A stretch of DNA of 38,458 bases, taken from the sequence record OR683401.1, one strand, 5' to 3'. The position numbers and the translations under genes are program-made. Positions within the stretch are counted from its first letter, which is position 1. Each line of letters opens with the position of its first letter. Positions 34,792 to 38,458 of this stretch are shown here, one piece after another. The DNA is from Pseudomonas phage Bise. The notes beneath the pieces were generated by a model. That model made no database searches. It was not told where the DNA came from and was given only the letters and a program-made list of their open reading frames with translations.

Positions 34792-34824
34792 CCCGGTCGC
34801 GTTAGCGACCGGGCGATTTTTTTT
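34792..34824 (+). other. GC-rich hairpin with 4-nt loop (CCCGGTCGC-GTTA-GCGACCGGG) followed by T8; DGR target-recognition hairpin and/or terminator
   Basis: About 54 bp downstream of the VR; 9-bp stem. Confidence 0.55.
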
Positions 34825-34880
34825 CAGGGGGTGGTGCGATAAAATCGCAAGCGGATTTTGATTGGGGAGGCGGGGCTGGA

Positions 34881-35294
34881 ATGGCGGTAGATCGGGAAGC
34901 GCAACTGGTGCGCAAGTTCGTGGAGTTCTCGAAGCTCCTCAATGTGTACCTAAACCACTTTCCCCGCCACGAACGCTACGCCCTCTCGAACCGAATCCGA
35001 AACGCCGCCTATGACGTCTACGACTTGATCGTGGAAGGTCAGAAGCGGTACCACAAGAAGACGTCCCTCACGCAGCTTGACATTGCCCATGAGCAATTGC
35101 GGATGCAGTTGTTTCTGGCCTATGAAATGGGCTATTTCAAGTTCACGGACGGACGCACCGAAGGGAACGCGGTAGAAGTAGAAGCGAAACGCTGGCAGGC
35201 GATCAGCAAGCTGGTGGATGAGCTGGGCCGCATGATCGGAGGTTGGATACGGCACGAGCTGGCCGAATCGAAAGAGGCAGGCCAGCAGAAATGA
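34881..35294 (+). CDS. avd: DGR accessory variability determinant (Avd), four-helix-bundle protein
   Basis: 137 aa basic helical protein; similarity pattern to BPP-1 Avd; sits between target and TR. Confidence 0.75.
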   Translation: MAVDREAQLVRKFVEFSKLLNVYLNHFPRHERYALSNRIRNAAYDVYDLIVEGQKRYHKKTSLTQLDIAHEQLRMQLFLAYEMGYFKFTDGRTEGNAVEVEAKRWQAISKLVDELGRMIGGWIRHELAESKEAGQQK

Positions 35295-35328
35295 CCAGTC
35301 CGTTGTGGTTTAAGGGCGGCCTACGATC

Positions 35329-35452
35329 ACGTCTGCCTCTGGCCGGTGGCAACTATAACAATGGTGCCTCGGCTGGGGTGTTCGCGCGCAATCTCAATAA
35401 TGCACGAACGAATGTTAACGGAAACGTCGGCGCTCGCCCGGACTGCGGCTTC
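35329..35452 (+). repeat. DGR template repeat (TR), 124 bp
   Basis: Invariant donor copy; 9 AAY (Asn) codons in the VR reading frame; followed by a diverged IMH*-like region. Confidence 0.85.
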
Positions 35453-35605
35453 TTCCTCAAACCTCGAATGGGGATAGTGGAGCCATAGGGATAGGTCGTC
35501 CTGCTTGCCCGCGTAGCGGGCAGCGAACTCGTAGTCACTCCGCGCTTTTTGGTAGGGTTCGGCCCGAAGACCAGCGCGGAGTTTTTTTTGGGGTATGGAG
35601 GGGCA
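35453..35605 (+). ncRNA. DGR spacer region between TR and RT with nested hairpins (35499-35518; 10-bp stem 35537-35546/35573-35582 followed by T8)
   Basis: Non-coding 153 nt with strong secondary-structure potential; analogous to the Sp region of the BPP-1 DGR RNA. Confidence 0.45.
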
Positions 35606-36637
35606 ATGAAGCGGCACGGGAACCTGTTTGAGCAGACCTTCACCCGCGAGGCGCTGTACGACGCCTACGTGGAGGCCAGGCGCGGTAAGCGCCTGCGCAA
35701 GGCGTGCTTCTGGTTCGACATCCGCGCCGGTGCCGTGCTGGACTGGCTGCACCGCCGCCTGCACGATGGCAGCTATGAGATTCGCGGCTACAAGCGGTTC
35801 CTGGTGCATGAACCCAAGACCCGCGAAATCTGCGCGCCGTGGTTCGGCGACATCGTGGTACAGCACGCCATCTACTCGGTCATCAGGCCGATCTTCGAGC
35901 GTGTATTCATCGACCAGTCCTTCGCCTGCCGACTCGGCAAGGGTACACACAAGGCTTCCGAGTACGCGATGGCGGCGCTGCGCCAGAGCCGCCCCGACAG
36001 CTACACCCTCAAGCTCGACATCAGGAAATTCTTTTACCGCATCGACCGGGGCATCCTGCGCAAGCTCATCGAGCGCAAGATCAAGGACAAGCGCCTGGTG
36101 GACATGATGATGAAGTTCGCCGAGCTGCCCGAGCCGCTGGGCATCCCCATCGGCAACCTGCTCTCGCAGGTCTATGCGCTGATCTACCTCAACGCCCTCG
36201 ACCACTTCGTCAAGCGCGAACTGAAGGTGAAGCTCTACTGCCGGTACGTGGACGACTTCATCCTGTTCGACCTCGACCGGGAACAGTGCCTGGAATACAA
36301 GGCGCGCATCGAAGCGTTCCTGCACAACGAGCTGCACCTGGAGCTGTCGAAGTGGACGATGGCCAAGACCAAGCGCGGGGTGAACTTCGTGGGCTACCGC
36401 ACCTGGCGGCGGGCCAAGTTCATCCGCAAATACAGCCTGTTCAAGTTCCGGCGGGCGGCCAAGCGGGGGAAGACGGACAGCGTCATATCGCTGCTGGGCC
36501 ACGCCAAGCACTCGCACTCGCTTGGGTTCATGTGGCGCACCATCCGCGAGGTCAATCCCGACCTGGTGCGCAAGCTGCCGCCGAAGGTGAGGCGCTTCTA
36601 CCCGGCCAGGCCGAGCGCGCCGCCGCAGCAAAACTAA
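35606..36637 (+). CDS. DGR reverse transcriptase
   Basis: Start MKRHGNLFEQ with RBS GGAGG; motifs IGNLLSQ and YVDD typical of DGR RTs. Confidence 0.9.
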   Translation: MKRHGNLFEQTFTREALYDAYVEARRGKRLRKACFWFDIRAGAVLDWLHRRLHDGSYEIRGYKRFLVHEPKTREICAPWFGDIVVQHAIYSVIRPIFERVFIDQSFACRLGKGTHKASEYAMAALRQSRPDSYTLKLDIRKFFYRIDRGILRKLIERKIKDKRLVDMMMKFAELPEPLGIPIGNLLSQVYALIYLNALDHFVKRELKVKLYCRYVDDFILFDLDREQCLEYKARIEAFLHNELHLELSKWTMAKTKRGVNFVGYRTWRRAKFIRKYSLFKFRRAAKRGKTDSVISLLGHAKHSHSLGFMWRTIREVNPDLVRKLPPKVRRFYPARPSAPPQQN

Positions 36638-36648
36638 AGTGCTTGAAT
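36625..36648 (+). promoter_or_regulatory. Late-promoter activator site (P_com / P_mom equivalent): GCAGCAAAACTAAAGTGCTTGAAT
   Basis: Partial copy of the dyad motif overlapping the RT stop; about 200 bp upstream of com. Confidence 0.4.
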
Positions 36649-36840
36649 GGCGGTGCGTGGGGGAAAGCCGGATGCTATCGGCTGAAAAGGACGGGCGACC
36701 CCACCCGGTGCTGGAACACCGGACGGAACCCCAATCAAGCAGACAAGCCTGCAAGACCGGCCAAGGCCCGCCACCTGGTACCAGGCGGTTCTTAGCCTAT
36801 CAGAATCTGCAAATGGTTTGCAGAAAAGGGCTTGTTCGCT

Positions 36841-37044
36841 ATGACGGAGATTCGTTGCGCCGCTTGCTCCCGCAAGCTGGGAGAGGGTGAGTTCACCCGC
36901 CTTGTCATCAAGTGCCCGCGTTGCCGGGCGCTCAACACCTTGAAGGCCGAGAGCCTCCCGCCAGAACGCCACCGAGCGTCCAGCTCCGAAAGGTTGCCCG
37001 ATGGAAGGCTCCATGATCGCGGAGGCGCAATCCCGCCTCGATGA
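36841..37044 (+). CDS. com: Com-like zinc-finger translational activator
   Basis: 67 aa; MTEIRCAACSRKL...IKCPRCRALN CxxC...CxxC as in Mu Com; overlaps the start of the downstream modification gene. Confidence 0.6.
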   Translation: MTEIRCAACSRKLGEGEFTRLVIKCPRCRALNTLKAESLPPERHRASSSERLPDGRLHDRGGAIPPR

Positions 37045-37825
37045 CGTCCAGGCCGTGCCGCTTGTCCCCTGGGTGGGTGGCAAGCGCCGCCTGGCCCCGC
37101 ATATTCTCCCGCTGCTGCCAGCGCATACCTGCTACGTCGAACCGTTCGCGGGCGCGGCTGGCTTGTTCTTCTCCAAGCCGCCCAGCAAGGTCGAGGTGCT
37201 CAACGATGTGAACGGCGACCTGGTCTGCCTGTACCGCGTGGTGCAGCATCACCTGGACGAGTTCATGCGGCAGTTCCGCTGGTCGCTCACCAGCCGCCAG
37301 ATGTACGCCTGGCTGCGGGAAACGAGGCCAGACACCCTTACGGACATCCAGCGGGCGGCGCGCTTCTTCTACCTCCAGAAACTCGCCTTCGGCGGCAAGG
37401 TGGACGGCCAGACCTACGGCACGTCCACCACGGCCCCGATGCGCCTGAACCTGCTGCGGCTGGAGGAGGACTTGAGCGCGGCCCACCTGCGGCTGCACCA
37501 GGTCAACATCGAGAACCTGGACTGGCACGCCTGCATCACGCGCTACGACCGCAAGCACACCCTGTTCTTCTGCGACCCGCCGTACTACGGCACCGAGGGC
37601 TACGGCGTCGAGTTCGGCCTGGAGCAGTACGACCGCATGGCCGAGCTGCTGCGCACGATGAAGGGCAAGGCGGCCGTCACTGTGAACGACATCCCGGCCA
37701 TGCGTCAGGCGTTCAAGGGGCTGGCCATGAAAAGCCTGGCCATCCGCTACACGCTCGGCAAGGCCGGGGCCGGTCGGCAAGAGCGCGGCGAGCTGCTGGT
37801 GATGAACTACGAGCCGGGCGGTTGA
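37001..37825 (+). CDS. N6-adenine DNA methyltransferase, Dam / D12 class (in the mom position)
   Basis: Motif I EPFAGAAGLF near the N-terminus and motif IV DPPY (FFCDPPYYGTEGYG); start may be at 37013. Confidence 0.8.
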   Translation: MEGSMIAEAQSRLDDVQAVPLVPWVGGKRRLAPHILPLLPAHTCYVEPFAGAAGLFFSKPPSKVEVLNDVNGDLVCLYRVVQHHLDEFMRQFRWSLTSRQMYAWLRETRPDTLTDIQRAARFFYLQKLAFGGKVDGQTYGTSTTAPMRLNLLRLEEDLSAAHLRLHQVNIENLDWHACITRYDRKHTLFFCDPPYYGTEGYGVEFGLEQYDRMAELLRTMKGKAAVTVNDIPAMRQAFKGLAMKSLAIRYTLGKAGAGRQERGELLVMNYEPGG

Positions 37826-37878
37826 CTGTTCGGCCAGGTAGAGCGGTACTGCTGCCATCGCAACGCAAGGAGATGCAC

Positions 37879-38076
37879 ATGGCCACGCCAACCCTTTCAC
37901 CCGCCGCCCAGGAGCAGCTCCTGGGCATAGCCACCACCACGCTGGGCCTGGAAACCCTGGAGACCCGGGACTCGGACAGCCTGGACTTCCACGACCTGGC
38001 GGTCGGGGCGATCAAGGCGGCCCTGGAAGCTGCCTATCTGGCAGGAATGGTTGACCACCACCGGAGGGCCGCATGA
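37879..38076 (+). CDS. Small acidic hypothetical protein (right-end cargo)
   Basis: ATG with AAGGAG RBS; 65 aa. Confidence 0.35.
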   Translation: MATPTLSPAAQEQLLGIATTTLGLETLETRDSDSLDFHDLAVGAIKAALEAAYLAGMVDHHRRAA

Positions 38077-38303
38077 TGACGCCCATCGAACAGAGCCTGA
38101 CCGACTACCTCGGCGGCTACACCCGCAACAACCCCGCCAGCCGGGCGCACGTCATGAGCTACCCGGACTGGCAGCAGATGGCCAGGCTGGAGCTTGATCG
38201 CCGCGCAGCCAGCCTGCTGTCGGTGCTGCCGGACGAGGAACTCCGGGCCATCGCCGAGGGCCAGGTCAGCCTGCCCGAGTTGGCCAGGAACCTGCCCACC
38301 TGA
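38073..38303 (+). CDS. Small hypothetical protein (right-end cargo), translationally coupled to the previous gene (ATGA)
   Basis: 76 aa ORF. Confidence 0.35.
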   Translation: MMTPIEQSLTDYLGGYTRNNPASRAHVMSYPDWQQMARLELDRRAASLLSVLPDEELRAIAEGQVSLPELARNLPT

Positions 38304-38324
38304 TCATCTCCCACCCGGAACGAA

Positions 38325-38358
38325 GAAGGCCGCCCATGAGGCGGCCTTCTCGTTTGTG
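38325..38358 (+). terminator. Rho-independent terminator GAAGGCCGCC-CATGA-GGCGGCCTTC followed by TCGTTTGTG
   Basis: 10-bp perfect stem after the last gene. Confidence 0.6.
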
Positions 38359-38372
38359 CGCGCTGGGCGCTT

Positions 38373-38456
38373 CTGCAATTCTCTTTCAACCTTTGGCGCT
38401 CCACCGGAGGGGCGTTTATCGCGGCTCCGAGGCCGCAGTTATCGCGGCGCGCTTCA
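38373..38456. mobile_element. Mu-like right end: terminal ...GCGGCGCGCTTCA-3' with repeated TTATCGCGG (38417-38424, 38440-38448) transposase-binding-like sites
   Basis: Terminal 13 nt resemble the Mu terminus (GCGCCGCTTCA); repeats in the last 60 bp. Confidence 0.6.
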
Positions 38457-38458
38457 TG

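Noticed and set aside
35549-35605. Upstream extension (MVGFGPKTSAEFFLGYGGA) of the RT ORF
   Set aside because: Falls in the structured spacer and T8 run. A canonical RBS GGAGG precedes the internal ATG at 35606, which aligns with the start of known DGR RTs.
1-38458. Window as an arbitrarily rotated circular phage assembly explaining the odd gene order
   Set aside because: The repressor and I-T-tail arm are on one strand and ner-to-G on the other. No rotation restores Mu collinearity, and a Mu-like terminus lies at the window end.

Overview
High-GC (about 65-70%) window that appears to be an almost complete Mu-like transposable prophage, likely from a beta/gamma-proteobacterial host. It carries a complete diversity-generating retroelement (DGR) that targets the C-terminus of a tail-fibre/receptor-binding gene.

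Layout. Two divergent arms originate at a c-repressor/Ner switch region (about 14967-15036).
- Minus-strand arm (14966 down to 138): ner, an IclR-like HTH gene, a DUF3102-like gene, the MuA-like DDE transposase A, the MuB-like AAA+ ATPase, a 'semi-essential' region (Gam, GemA, DUF2786 and others), a Mor/C-family late activator, a lysis cassette (M15 endolysin, holin, Rz with embedded Rz1, DUF2730), then gp27, large terminase, portal, F and G.
- Plus-strand arm (15037 to 38303): the CI-type repressor, an F-domain minigene, the I protease/scaffold, a decoration-like protein, the T major capsid protein, gp36/gp37, sheath, tube, a frameshifted chaperone and the tape measure. This is followed by a P2-like baseplate set (U, X, D, V, W, J, I), tail fibre genes, the DGR (mtd-like target with VR, avd, TR, RT), and a Com-controlled Dam-family N6-adenine methyltransferase in place of mom.
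- The window ends with a Mu-like terminus (...GCGCGCTTCA at 38456).

Other signals.
- A conserved about 20-bp dyad motif (AAACTAAAG-NN-CTTTA) occurs five times. It sits at a constant about 42 bp upstream of the first gene of each presumed late operon, and about 200 bp upstream of com. I read it as the late-promoter activator site.
- An antisense, lower-GC moron encoding a glycine-zipper two-TM membrane protein sits between the tail chaperone and the tape measure.

All functional calls come from reading the translated ORFs and DNA motifs. No database search was run.
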